45,501 nucleotides of DNA, taken from an uncultured Lachnospiraceae bacterium. Lineage in GTDB: Bacteria > Bacillota > Clostridia > Lachnospirales > Lachnospiraceae. Below, piece after piece: positions 19,998-29,478 of this stretch (position 1 is its first letter; every line of letters starts with the position of its first letter). Both the position numbers and the translations under genes were made by a program. Below the pieces are notes generated by a model, which saw only the letters and a program-made list of their open reading frames with translations, was not told the DNA's origin and ran no database searches. The stretch spans positions 1 through 45,501 of the forward strand of contig CAJOOB010000051.1 in the NCBI GenBank assembly GCA_905236025.1. Reading direction: 5' to 3'.

Positions 19998-20591
19998 ATG
20001 AGTTGGGTAATAGGTGTTACAGGCGGCGTTGGCTGTGGAAAATCAAGATTTCTTGAAGAACTTTCTTTAGAGATAAAAGCATATGTCATACTGGCGGATG
20101 ATATTGGGCGCGGGTTACAAGAACCCGGTACGAAGCAATATGACGAAATTGTTGAAGTTTTTGGAAAAGAAGTTCTTTTGGAAAACGGTAAATTTAACAG
20201 AGGACTTTTGGGAATGCTTGCTTTTTCAGATGAAAACAAGCTTAAGGCCCTGAATAATATTATTCATCCGGCTGTTAAAGAGAGGATTGAAAAAAGAATC
20301 GAATCAATTATAAAAGAAGATCCAGAGGCACTTATTTTTGTTGAGGCGGCGCTCCTTTTAGAGGCGGATTATGATTCGATGTGTAATGAAGTATGGTATA
20401 TATATGCCGACACAGAGACAAGATTCAAACGTCTTTCACAGGGACGAGGAATGACCAGGGAATCTTTTGACAGAATTACAAAAATGCAATTATCAGAATA
20501 TGAATTCAGACTCAGAAGCAACTTTGTTATTGATAACAGTGGATATATTGAGGCTTCCGTAGTTCAGGCAAGAAGACACTTGAGTTTATAA
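19998..20591 (+). CDS. coaE: Dephospho-CoA kinase
   Basis: P-loop GVTGGVGCGKS and 197 aa. The position after polA is as in many Firmicutes. Confidence 0.88.
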   Translation: MSWVIGVTGGVGCGKSRFLEELSLEIKAYVILADDIGRGLQEPGTKQYDEIVEVFGKEVLLENGKFNRGLLGMLAFSDENKLKALNNIIHPAVKERIEKRIESIIKEDPEALIFVEAALLLEADYDSMCNEVWYIYADTETRFKRLSQGRGMTRESFDRITKMQLSEYEFRLRSNFVIDNSGYIEASVVQARRHLSL

Positions 20592-20605
20592 AGGTGGGTT
20601 TGAAA

Positions 20606-22960
20606 ATGGATATGTCGTTTGCTAACAGCGAAATGAAAAATGATTTAAACAGGATGTGGAGGGTTCGAAAGATGGCATCTAGCAATAAGGACAAATTAAT
20701 ATTTGGTTTGGATATTGGTACCAGAAGCCTTGTTGGCTCAGTGGGATACATGAACAAGGACACTTTCGTGGTTGTGGGTCATTATGTTAAAGAGCATGAT
20801 TCAAGATCCATGCTCGATGGCCAGATTCACGATATTGTTACGGTAAGTGAATCAATACAGAAGGTTAAAAGAGAACTTGAAAAGCAACTTGATATTGAAT
20901 TAAAAGAAGTATGTATTGCTGCCGCAGGTCGTGTTTTAAAGACAAAGAATGTTCATGTCGAACTTGAAAGAAAAGATGATCAAAGAATTACCGCAGAAGA
21001 GATATATGATCTTGAAACTTTAGGCGTAAAAGCCGGATATGAAGAAATTGCACAGGAAGTTGAGGGATCGGAGTATTACTGCGTTGGTTATTCTGTTATT
21101 AAATATTTTATGAATGATCAGCAAATCAGCAATCTTGAGGGACATAAGGCCGGTAAGATTTCCTGTGATATGGTTACAACCTTCCTTCCGAATGATGTTG
21201 TTGACGGTTTATATACGGCGGTTGAAGATGCGGGACTTACTGTTGCAAATCTTACGCTCGAGCCTATCGCCGCAATTAACCTTGCAATACCGCAAAATTA
21301 CAGACTACTTAATATTGCCCTTGTTGATGTGGGTGCAGGTACAAGCGATATTTCAATTACAAAAGATGGAAGTATTATTGCATACGGCATGATTCCTCAT
21401 GCCGGTGATGAAATAACGGAAACCATTGTACAAAAGTATCTTGTGGATTTTAATACTGCTGACAAAATAAAGATTGATGCAAATACAAATAAGTCCGGTG
21501 CTGTATTTAAAGATGTTATGGGACTTGAGCAAAAAGTTTCAAAGACTGAAGTTGCAAATACTTATAAAGATACCGTAAAAGCAATTACAAAAGAAATTGC
21601 TGATAAGATTATTGAACTTAACGGCGGAAAAACAGTTAGCGCCTGTTTTGTTGTCGGTGGTGGCGGAAAAGCTCACGGATTCTGTGATATGCTTGCTTCT
21701 GCATTAAAGCTTCCAAAAGAAAGAGTTGCTTTAAGAGGAGAAGAAGTTTTATCAGACGTTGAATTTACGGATGAGAATGTTGTTAAAGATCCGCTTTTGG
21801 TTACGCCAATCGGTATTTGCCTTAATTACTATGCACAGCACAATAATTTTATTATTGTTAATGTTAACGATGCAAGAGTTAAGCTCTTTGACAACGGTAA
21901 ATTAAATGTTTTGGATGCCGCAATTCAGGTTGGATTCCCTGATGATGCGCTTTTTGGTAAACGTGGCGAAGAAATTAATTATACAGTTAACGGTGTAAAT
22001 AAAGTGAGTCACGGCGGTATGGGTGAACCTGCGGAAATTACCGTAAACAATCAGCCGGCAAGCATGATTACAAAGATTGTAAAAAATGATGTTATTACAA
22101 TTAAGCCTTCAACCAAGGGCGATGATGCAGTTCTTGTTTTGGAAGGAATTGAAGAATACGGTAAGAAAATCAGCTTTATGATTGACGATAAGCCTGTCAG
22201 ACTTCAAAGATGCACAACGGTAAACGGTGAAATTGTTCCACCGACATATGTTGTAAAAGACGGAGATAAGATTGAAGTATTGGATTATTATACGGTTTCT
22301 GACCTTGCAAAAAACCTTGATATTCCGATTGATGATAAAGACGTTTATGTAAATAATGAAATTGCCGCCCCTGATACAAAGGTTTACGAGCGATTCAAAG
22401 TTGTGTTTAAAAACGGCGGCGCTAATGCAACTACAGCCACATCTTTCTCTGAGCTTCCGGATGATGACGGAACATACAAAAAAAATAAAGAAGCAACCGC
22501 GGAAGTTGCAGCGGCCACGGCTGAAAGAATAAAGAAAGAACTTGAGGAGAAAAAGCATCTCGACCCAATAACAGGCGAACCGCTTTATAAGTCGGACGAA
22601 GAAACCGTTGATTCAGAAGAAGAGTCAAATTATTCGGTTTTTATGGATAATGAAAATAAAAACGAAAGAAACGTTGATTATATCGGTGAAGAAAAATTCG
22701 TTCCTGATAGGGCTGTAAAGATGGCGGCAACCGGTACAACGTCAAAAAAGACACCGATAAGTGTTAATCTTTCTGTTAACGGAAAGAGCGTAACTCTTAA
22801 GAATAAATCGAAGTATTCGTTTGTAGATATTTTGGATTTTTATCCGTTTGATACAAAAAATCCCAAAGGGAATCTTCTTGTAACAAGGATTAACGGTGAA
22901 GAATGTAAATTCAGTGATCCGGTTAAAGACGGAGACGTAGCTGAATTATACTGGAAATAA
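20606..22960 (+). CDS. FtsA/actin-fold (ASKHA) ATPase-like protein with long repeat-containing C-terminal extension
   Basis: Phosphate-1 FGLDIGTRS, phosphate-2 ALVDVGAGTSD and adenosine motif FVVGGGGKA. The C-terminal ~370 aa holds repeated VNG...DGDxI/V patterns and an acidic linker. The ATG at 20606 follows AGGTGG. GTG at 20594 or ATG at 20672 are alternative starts. Confidence 0.7.
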   Translation: MDMSFANSEMKNDLNRMWRVRKMASSNKDKLIFGLDIGTRSLVGSVGYMNKDTFVVVGHYVKEHDSRSMLDGQIHDIVTVSESIQKVKRELEKQLDIELKEVCIAAAGRVLKTKNVHVELERKDDQRITAEEIYDLETLGVKAGYEEIAQEVEGSEYYCVGYSVIKYFMNDQQISNLEGHKAGKISCDMVTTFLPNDVVDGLYTAVEDAGLTVANLTLEPIAAINLAIPQNYRLLNIALVDVGAGTSDISITKDGSIIAYGMIPHAGDEITETIVQKYLVDFNTADKIKIDANTNKSGAVFKDVMGLEQKVSKTEVANTYKDTVKAITKEIADKIIELNGGKTVSACFVVGGGGKAHGFCDMLASALKLPKERVALRGEEVLSDVEFTDENVVKDPLLVTPIGICLNYYAQHNNFIIVNVNDARVKLFDNGKLNVLDAAIQVGFPDDALFGKRGEEINYTVNGVNKVSHGGMGEPAEITVNNQPASMITKIVKNDVITIKPSTKGDDAVLVLEGIEEYGKKISFMIDDKPVRLQRCTTVNGEIVPPTYVVKDGDKIEVLDYYTVSDLAKNLDIPIDDKDVYVNNEIAAPDTKVYERFKVVFKNGGANATTATSFSELPDDDGTYKKNKEATAEVAAATAERIKKELEEKKHLDPITGEPLYKSDEETVDSEEESNYSVFMDNENKNERNVDYIGEEKFVPDRAVKMAATGTTSKKTPISVNLSVNGKSVTLKNKSKYSFVDILDFYPFDTKNPKGNLLVTRINGEECKFSDPVKDGDVAELYWK

Positions 22961-22984
22961 AGTATGAAATAACGGAGTAACGCA

Positions 22985-23785
22985 ATGGATATAAAACTTT
23001 GGAAAAATATATTAAGACCTTATCAACAGGCTGTAAATGAGCTGACTCTCAAATTTGAGTCGTTGCAAAGAGAGTATCGCGAAAGCGGAAGATACTCTCC
23101 GATTGAGCAGGTACTTGGAAGAGTTAAGAAGATTTCTTCCATTTTGGAAAAGTGTCAGAAAAAGGGCATTGACATTGAACAGATGGAAGAAAAACTTGAT
23201 GATATTGCGGGTATTCGTATTATATGCCAGTTCGTTGAAGATATTTACAAGGTTGTTGAATTTATTGAAAACCGCTCTGACTTAGAGGTGATTGAGGAAA
23301 AAGATTACATAAAAAACCAAAAGGAAAGCGGTTACAGAAGTTTTCATATCATTGCAAAATATACCGTTGAAACTCTTGACGGCCCAAAGACTTTAAAGGT
23401 TGAAATCCAGGTAAGAACACTTGGTATGAATTTCTGGTCAACCATTGAACATTCGCTTCAGTATAAATATAAGCACGGTATTCCTGAGCATATCAGAGAA
23501 AGACTGTACAATTCAGCTGAAGCTATCCTTACTTTGGATAATGAAATGTCACAGATTCGCGAAGAAATTATGGATTCTCAGAATTCCTTTAATATTAAGG
23601 CTAATATTATTGCAGAAATCCTTAATTCCATTGAAAATCTTTATGCATATGCAAACAGCAGAGAAATCGTTAAAATCCAGGATGAATTTTTCAAGATTTA
23701 TTCGGAAAATGATTCTGACAAACTTGAGAGATTCTCTAAAGAACTTGACATTGTTGCTGAGGGCTACAGAGCCCAAAAACTTTGA
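22985..23785 (+). CDS. Small alarmone synthetase (RelQ/RelP-type GTP pyrophosphokinase)
   Basis: Synthetase motifs RVKKISSILEK, DIAGIRIICQF, SGYRSFHII and EIQVRTLGMNFWSTIEH are present. There is no hydrolase domain. 266 aa. Confidence 0.88.
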   Translation: MDIKLWKNILRPYQQAVNELTLKFESLQREYRESGRYSPIEQVLGRVKKISSILEKCQKKGIDIEQMEEKLDDIAGIRIICQFVEDIYKVVEFIENRSDLEVIEEKDYIKNQKESGYRSFHIIAKYTVETLDGPKTLKVEIQVRTLGMNFWSTIEHSLQYKYKHGIPEHIRERLYNSAEAILTLDNEMSQIREEIMDSQNSFNIKANIIAEILNSIENLYAYANSREIVKIQDEFFKIYSENDSDKLERFSKELDIVAEGYRAQKL

Positions 23786-23800
23786 TTACGGAGAGTGTTG

Positions 23801-24490
23801 ATGAAGAACACGCTTATTGATATTTTTAAAGATAAGAAGGCGGTTTTGTTTGATTTAGACGGGACTGTTATTGATTCTATGTGGATGTGGAAAGACGTGG
23901 ATGTTACGTATCTTTCCAAAAGAAATATTGAATACCCGTTATCCTTACCCGTTGAAATTGAAGGAAAGACATACTACGAAACGGCGGTATATTTTAAAGA
24001 GCGCTTTAATTTACCCGATACATTGGAAGAAATAATGGATGAATGGCATGAAATATCGTATGATATTTACTGTAATAAGGTTATGTTGAAGGATAAAGTT
24101 AAAGATGTACTGATAACACTTAAGGAAAAGGGGTATAAGACGGCCATCGCCACGAGTAATTCAAGAGCGCTCACAAAAGGAGCATTAGAATCGCTTGGTA
24201 TTTATGAGCTTTTTGATACGCTTGTATGCTCAGAGGATGTTAAATGCGGTAAACCTGACCCTGAGGTGTACATGATTGCGTGTAAGAATCTTGGTGTTTT
24301 GGGAAGCGAGGCGGTTGTTTTTGAAGACGTACCGCAGGGGCTCATCGCCGGGAGCGCGTGTGGTTGTAAAACGGTTGCTGTTTTTGATGAATATTCTAAA
24401 ATGTACGATGAAGAGAAGCATAAACTTGCGGATTATTACTTAATGTCATATAGCGAAATGTTTACGGATTTATTTGAAAGGCAGGTATAA
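23801..24490 (+). CDS. HAD-superfamily hydrolase (subfamily IA, beta-phosphoglucomutase-like)
   Basis: Motif I LFDLDGTVIDS, motif II ATSN and GKPDPEVY. The ATG at 23801 follows GGAGAG. Confidence 0.8.
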   Translation: MKNTLIDIFKDKKAVLFDLDGTVIDSMWMWKDVDVTYLSKRNIEYPLSLPVEIEGKTYYETAVYFKERFNLPDTLEEIMDEWHEISYDIYCNKVMLKDKVKDVLITLKEKGYKTAIATSNSRALTKGALESLGIYELFDTLVCSEDVKCGKPDPEVYMIACKNLGVLGSEAVVFEDVPQGLIAGSACGCKTVAVFDEYSKMYDEEKHKLADYYLMSYSEMFTDLFERQV

Positions 24491-24492
24491 AA

Positions 24493-25296
24493 ATGAAGTA
24501 TGTTGCTGTTGTGACCGGTGCCTCAAGCGGCATTGGCAAAGAATTTGCTCATTATATTGCAGAGAATTTTAAGTCAATTAGTGAAATCTGGATTGTTGCA
24601 AGAAGAAAAGACAGGCTTGAAAGAGAAAAGGCTTATATTGAAACTTTTGGAAAGGCTTGTAAGGTTTACAATTATGATGTATGTGATGATTCTTTGATTG
24701 GAAACCTTGTGTATGATCTTGACCATGAAGACGGCCACATCAAACTTTTGGTTAATGCGGCCGGTTTTGGAAAAATTGGGCTTTTTGCAAAGGAAGCATC
24801 AACTCTTGAAGAAATTACAGGAATGGTTGATGTTAACGTGAGAGCGCTTACAAGACTTACTAAGGTTTTGCTTCCTTATATGGCATACAATTCAAGAATT
24901 ATCAACATGGCTTCTGCTGCTGCATTTATGCCACAGCCAAACTTTGCCGTATATGCTGCAACTAAAGCTTACGTTCTTTCTTTATCGAGAGCATTAAACG
25001 AAGAAATCAAGCATGAAAACGTTTATGTTACTGCAGTTTGTCCGGGCCCTGTAAAGACGGAATTCTTTGATATTGCAGAATCTCACGGAACGGTAGTTAA
25101 ATTTAAAAAATATTTCATGGCCGATCCGAAGAAAGTTGTGGACCAGGCAATCAAGGATTCAATCTTGCAAAGAACGGTTTCCGTTTACGGAACATCAATG
25201 AACCTTTTGTTTCTGTTTGCAAAACTTATCCCGCATGCCATAATTTTAAAGATTACATCCATTTTTACAAAAGTGCAGGATGATAAAGAAGAATAA
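24493..25296 (+). CDS. Short-chain dehydrogenase/reductase (SDR) family oxidoreductase
   Basis: TGASSGIGK cofactor motif, NAAG, and catalytic YAATKAY (YxxxK). Confidence 0.85.
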   Translation: MKYVAVVTGASSGIGKEFAHYIAENFKSISEIWIVARRKDRLEREKAYIETFGKACKVYNYDVCDDSLIGNLVYDLDHEDGHIKLLVNAAGFGKIGLFAKEASTLEEITGMVDVNVRALTRLTKVLLPYMAYNSRIINMASAAAFMPQPNFAVYAATKAYVLSLSRALNEEIKHENVYVTAVCPGPVKTEFFDIAESHGTVVKFKKYFMADPKKVVDQAIKDSILQRTVSVYGTSMNLLFLFAKLIPHAIILKITSIFTKVQDDKEE

Positions 25297-25311
25297 TATT
25301 GGAAGTGTAAA

Positions 25312-25968
25312 ATGAAGAAAAAACAAAAAGGTGAATTTGGATATATTAATTATTATAAGCTTCTTCAGGGGATAATAAGCTTTACATTTGTGATTGTAAT
25401 GGCTGTTTTATATATTACGGGTTTGCTTATATTTAAGACAAATAAAAATGCTCTTACGGTTCTTGCAATTCTGGTGCTTTTACCTGCGGCAAGGTATATT
25501 GTTTCCTGGATTGTTATATTTCCGTATAAAAGTTCTGATGAGGCTTTGTATAATAAATTAAGAGAATATCCTTCAAAGAACAAAGGCTGGCTTGGTATTT
25601 CCGCAGAAGATGTCAGGAATACTAATGAAAATGATATTTTAGAGCCTGATAAAAGAAAGGCTGTTATTGTATCAGACCTTGTTCTTACCTATTCAGAGCA
25701 TATTATGAATGTTGATTTTCTGGTTGTAAGAGAAGGGCATGTGATTGCTTATTCAGACCATAAAAAGATTGACGAATCATATACTTCAGATTATATTAAG
25801 AGACTTTTGGATAATTCTTCTGATTATAAGTCATTTAAATTTTATACAAAAGAAGAGAATTTCTTAAAGGCATACAGAGAAATACAAAATAATAGTAATT
25901 CGGATAAACGCAAGGTTTATCGCAATGATTTGCTTATTGTAAGAAATATATTACCATTCTCGATTTAG
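25312..25968 (+). CDS. Hypothetical membrane protein (two N-terminal TM helices plus a soluble C-terminal domain)
   Basis: Tightly packed + strand ORF with coding-like composition. I recognise no motif. Confidence 0.5.
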   Translation: MKKKQKGEFGYINYYKLLQGIISFTFVIVMAVLYITGLLIFKTNKNALTVLAILVLLPAARYIVSWIVIFPYKSSDEALYNKLREYPSKNKGWLGISAEDVRNTNENDILEPDKRKAVIVSDLVLTYSEHIMNVDFLVVREGHVIAYSDHKKIDESYTSDYIKRLLDNSSDYKSFKFYTKEENFLKAYREIQNNSNSDKRKVYRNDLLIVRNILPFSI

Positions 25969-25980
25969 GATAATTATAAA

Positions 25981-27009
25981 GTGAAAGAAATTTACGTTGG
26001 TGAAAATGAAGCCGGTCAGCGATTTGACAAGCTTTTAAACAAATTATTATGCAATGCCCCGGGTGGTTTTGTATATAAGATGTTAAGAAAAAAGAATATT
26101 ACCTTAAATGATAAAAAAGCCTCCGGTAACGAAAAACTCGTTATGGGGGATAAGATTAAACTCTTTTTGTCTGATGAAACGTTTGATAAGTTTTCTTTTG
26201 ATAAAAGAAAAAATGCAACAGATATTATTAACAGTGCCGGACGTTTGCAGAAGTTTAAACCGCTTGATATTATTTATGAAGATGATGATTTTTTGTTTGT
26301 AAATAAGCCATACGGAGTGTTGTCTCAAAAAGCGGAAGCATCAGATGTATCTTTAAATGAACAGATTCTTTCTTATCTTTTGGAAAGTAATGCCATTAAT
26401 TTACAGGATTTAAACACTTTCAGACCATCTGTCTGTAACAGACTTGATCGTAATACGTCAGGCCTTATTATTGCGGGGAAGAGCCTTAAAGCATTACAGT
26501 TTGCATCAAAGATGCTTGCAAACCGTACCTTGGATAAGTATTATCTTGCTCTTGTTAAGGGAACCGTAAAAAATGATATGACAATTGACGGTTACCTAAA
26601 AAAAGATAAAAAGACAAATAAGGTTACCGTCTCACATAATGAAAAAGACGGAGACAGGATTGAAACGGGGATAAAAGTGCTTGCATCAGCTTTTGATGTA
26701 ACGCTTTTAAAGATAAAGCTGATTACCGGAAAAACGCATCAGATAAGGGCTCACCTTGCATCGATTGGTCATCCGATAATCGGCGACAGAAAATACGGTG
26801 ATGAAGTAATTAATGATAAATACAGAAACGAACAAGATGTTAAATATCAATTACTTCATTCTTATGAACTTGTAATTCCTGATACAAATGGTGAATTCCC
26901 CGGCATTTCAAATAAGACTTTTACTGCAAGACCGCCGTTTGTGTTTGAAATGCTTATTAAAAAGATGGAGGAAGAAACAGGTGGCAACTTGGAACTCCAG
27001 AGGCCTTAG
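25981..27009 (+). CDS. RluA-family 23S rRNA pseudouridine synthase (RluD-like, with S4-like N-terminus)
   Basis: GTG start. The catalytic region has NRLDRNTSGLII and HQIRAHLASIGHPIIGDRKYG. Confidence 0.85.
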   Translation: MKEIYVGENEAGQRFDKLLNKLLCNAPGGFVYKMLRKKNITLNDKKASGNEKLVMGDKIKLFLSDETFDKFSFDKRKNATDIINSAGRLQKFKPLDIIYEDDDFLFVNKPYGVLSQKAEASDVSLNEQILSYLLESNAINLQDLNTFRPSVCNRLDRNTSGLIIAGKSLKALQFASKMLANRTLDKYYLALVKGTVKNDMTIDGYLKKDKKTNKVTVSHNEKDGDRIETGIKVLASAFDVTLLKIKLITGKTHQIRAHLASIGHPIIGDRKYGDEVINDKYRNEQDVKYQLLHSYELVIPDTNGEFPGISNKTFTARPPFVFEMLIKKMEEETGGNLELQRP

Positions 27010-27520
27010 AGGAAGCGGACTTGAAGATTTAATAAATCTTACAATTTCTGTTTACAGAGAAAGCGGACTTGCCCTTATACAGAAAATTCCCACACCAATA
27101 AAGCCAATCAAAATTGACAAAGATTCAAAACATATTACACTTGCGTACTTTGATCAAAAAAGTACCGTTGATTATATCGGAGTGGCTCAGGGTATTCCGA
27201 TTTGTTTTGATGCAAAGGAATGTAAAACAGATACTTTCCCGCTTGCAAACGTTCACGAACACCAGATTTTATTTATGAAGGATTTTGAAAAGCAGGGCGG
27301 TATTGCTTTTTTTATTGTTTATTATACAGAACTTGACGAATGTTATTATCTGCCTTTAAGGGATATGCTTAACTTTTTTGAAAGGGCAAACGAAGGCGGA
27401 GTCAAGAGATTTTATTATGATGAGATTGATAAAACATTTCTTATAAAAGGCAGTGGTTCAACTCCTGTCCATTTTCTTGAGCAGATTAATCTTGATATTA
27501 TTTCACGCGATAAAAAATAA
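26981..27520 (+). CDS. recU: Holliday junction resolvase RecU
   Basis: NSRGLRGSGLEDLIN, IQKIPTPIKPI, TVDYIGV and FDAKE resemble B. subtilis RecU. I choose the GTG at 26981 because GGAGG lies 8 nt upstream and the N-terminus then matches RecU length. The track's ATG at 26888 would overlap rluD by about 120 nt. Confidence 0.8.
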   Translation: MATWNSRGLRGSGLEDLINLTISVYRESGLALIQKIPTPIKPIKIDKDSKHITLAYFDQKSTVDYIGVAQGIPICFDAKECKTDTFPLANVHEHQILFMKDFEKQGGIAFFIVYYTELDECYYLPLRDMLNFFERANEGGVKRFYYDEIDKTFLIKGSGSTPVHFLEQINLDIISRDKK

Positions 27521-27536
27521 GTTTTTCAAATAATTG

Positions 27537-27565
27537 TTGACAAAAAAAGACTTAGTTATTATAAT
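27537..27565 (+). promoter_or_regulatory. Consensus sigma-A promoter upstream of hisZ
   Basis: TTGACA (27537-27542), an exact 17-nt spacer, and TATAAT (27560-27565). Confidence 0.75.
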
Positions 27566-27639
27566 CCTTTTAATAAGTTAACACTCTAATACGTTAGCAC
27601 ACTAAAGTGCAACCTCAAAATATGCTACTTGGAGGATAT

Positions 27640-28821
27640 ATGAGAGATCAATTATTACATACACCTGAGGGAGTCAGGGATATTTACGGATCGGAATGTG
27701 AAAAGAAGATTTTTTTACAGGACACGATTCATGAAGTAATAAAGAAATACGGATATGATGATATTCAGACACCAAGCTTTGAATTTTTTGATATCTTTGC
27801 TAAGGAACGCGGAAGTGTTGCTTCAAAGAATATGTATAAATTCTTTGACAGAGAAGGATATACTCTTGCTTTAAGACCGGATATTACACCTTCAATCGCA
27901 AGGTGCGTAGCTAAATATTACGGTGATACACAAGAGGATTTAAGACTTTGTTATCTTGGTAATACTTTTATTAATAATTCGGAATATCAGGGTAAGTTAA
28001 AGGAAAGCACTCAGTGTGGTGCAGAACTTATCGGTGACAATAAGTCTGATGCGGATGCGGAGATTGTGGCTATGGTTGTTAATTCTTTGCTTGCATGCGG
28101 CTTAAGAGATTTCCAGATTGAACTTGGACATGTTGATTTCCTTACGGGCCTTTTGGAAGATTCGAAGTTTTCTTATGAAACATGTGCGGATCTTAAGGAA
28201 CTTTTATATAATAAGAATTATTTTGCTGTTGAGGAATATGTAAGTAATCTTTCAATAAGTGATGAACTTAAAGAAATTCTTGTGAAACTTCCTGAACTTA
28301 CCGGCCAGGATGAGCTTATTAAGGAGTATATGTCTAAGGTTACAAACGAAAAGTCTAAGAATGCTTTAGACAGACTTTTAAAGGTTTATGATATTATCAA
28401 GGTCTACGGATATGAAGATTACATTTCGTTTGATCTTGGTATGGTAAGTAATTATGATTATTATACCGGAATTATTCTTGGCGGATACACATATGGTACG
28501 GGTGATGCAATTGTTACCGGAGGAAGATATGATAAGCTTCTTTCACAGTTTGGTAAAATTGCTCCTTCTATCGGATTTGGAATAAACGTTGACAGACTCC
28601 TTGTTGCAATGAACAGACAAAACGTTAAGTTTTCTCTTTCTAAGCAGGGTACAATGATTGTTTATTCTAAAGAAAACAGAGACGATGCAGTTAAAAAGGC
28701 GGCCATCGACAGGGACTGCGGTAAGGTTGTCAGACTTATCTGCAAGAGCTCAAAGTTTACCGAAACAGATTACGTTAATCAGGCTAAAGAAGCAGGACTT
28801 GAGATTTTGTTCATGCTTTAA
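27640..28821 (+). CDS. hisZ: ATP phosphoribosyltransferase regulatory subunit HisZ
   Basis: HisRS-like fold (TPEGVRDIYG, LALRPDITPSIAR, GGRYD) directly upstream of a short-form hisG. The ATG at 27640 follows GGAGG and is preferred over the GTG at 27607. Confidence 0.88.
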   Translation: MRDQLLHTPEGVRDIYGSECEKKIFLQDTIHEVIKKYGYDDIQTPSFEFFDIFAKERGSVASKNMYKFFDREGYTLALRPDITPSIARCVAKYYGDTQEDLRLCYLGNTFINNSEYQGKLKESTQCGAELIGDNKSDADAEIVAMVVNSLLACGLRDFQIELGHVDFLTGLLEDSKFSYETCADLKELLYNKNYFAVEEYVSNLSISDELKEILVKLPELTGQDELIKEYMSKVTNEKSKNALDRLLKVYDIIKVYGYEDYISFDLGMVSNYDYYTGIILGGYTYGTGDAIVTGGRYDKLLSQFGKIAPSIGFGINVDRLLVAMNRQNVKFSLSKQGTMIVYSKENRDDAVKKAAIDRDCGKVVRLICKSSKFTETDYVNQAKEAGLEILFML

Positions 28822-28832
28822 GAGGAGAATTT

Positions 28833-29468
28833 ATGCGTTATTTAACTATTGCCCTTGCAAAGGGAAGACTTGCGGAAAAGACAATGGAGCTTTTTTCGGA
28901 AATTGGTATTAATTGCGAGGAAATGAAAGATAAAAAAACAAGAAAGCTTTTGTTTGTTAATGAAGAGCTTGGACTTAAGTTTTTCCTTGCAAAAGCCGGT
29001 GATGTTCCTACGTATGTTGAGTACGGTGCGGCTGATATTGGCGTTGTGGGTAAAGACACAATCTTAGAAGAGGGAAGAAAAATCCTTGAGGTTGTTGATC
29101 TTAAACTTGGCAATTGCCGTATGTGCGTGTGTGGCCCGGCTTCGGCAAAGGAACTTCTTAAACATCACGAGATGATCAGAGTTGCAAGTAAATATCCTCA
29201 TATTGCAAAGGATTATTTCTACAACAAAAAGCATCAGACGGTTGAAATCATTAAGTTAAACGGCTCTGTTGAACTTGCACCTATTGTTGGACTTTCGGAA
29301 GTGATTGTTGATATTGTTGAAACCGGAAGTACTTTAAGAGAAAACGGACTTGAGGTTTTAGAAGAGGTTTGTCCGCTTTCTGCAAGAATGGTTGTTAACA
29401 ATGTTTCCATGAAAATGGAAAATGAACGTATTATGGATATTATACAGAAGTTAAAAGCAGTTATATAG
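28833..29468 (+). CDS. hisG: ATP phosphoribosyltransferase, short form
   Basis: 211 aa, with LTIALAKGRL, DIGVVGKD and DIVETGSTLRENGL motifs. Confidence 0.93.
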   Translation: MRYLTIALAKGRLAEKTMELFSEIGINCEEMKDKKTRKLLFVNEELGLKFFLAKAGDVPTYVEYGAADIGVVGKDTILEEGRKILEVVDLKLGNCRMCVCGPASAKELLKHHEMIRVASKYPHIAKDYFYNKKHQTVEIIKLNGSVELAPIVGLSEVIVDIVETGSTLRENGLEVLEEVCPLSARMVVNNVSMKMENERIMDIIQKLKAVI

Positions 29469-29478
29469 GAGAAAAATT

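Noticed and set aside
22985-24490. The small alarmone synthetase as a toxSAS toxin-antitoxin module, with the downstream HAD hydrolase as antitoxin.
   Set aside because: The SAS has ordinary RelQ/RelP-type motifs and sits in a housekeeping context. The neighbour is a generic HAD phosphatase, not an alarmone hydrolase or a small antitoxin. Nothing here supports a TA system.
26888-26980. The ORF-track ATG start for recU at 26888, which would give a 210-aa protein overlapping rluD by about 120 nt.
   Set aside because: The residues encoded upstream of 26981 do not resemble RecU. The GTG at 26981 has GGAGG 8 nt upstream and gives an N-terminus matching the family.
27566-27639. A possible T-box, riboswitch or attenuator in the hisZ leader.
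   Set aside because: The leader is only about 70 nt and contains just a 4-bp hairpin (GCAC...GTGC). That is too short for a T-box, and there is no His-codon leader peptide or terminator/antiterminator pair.
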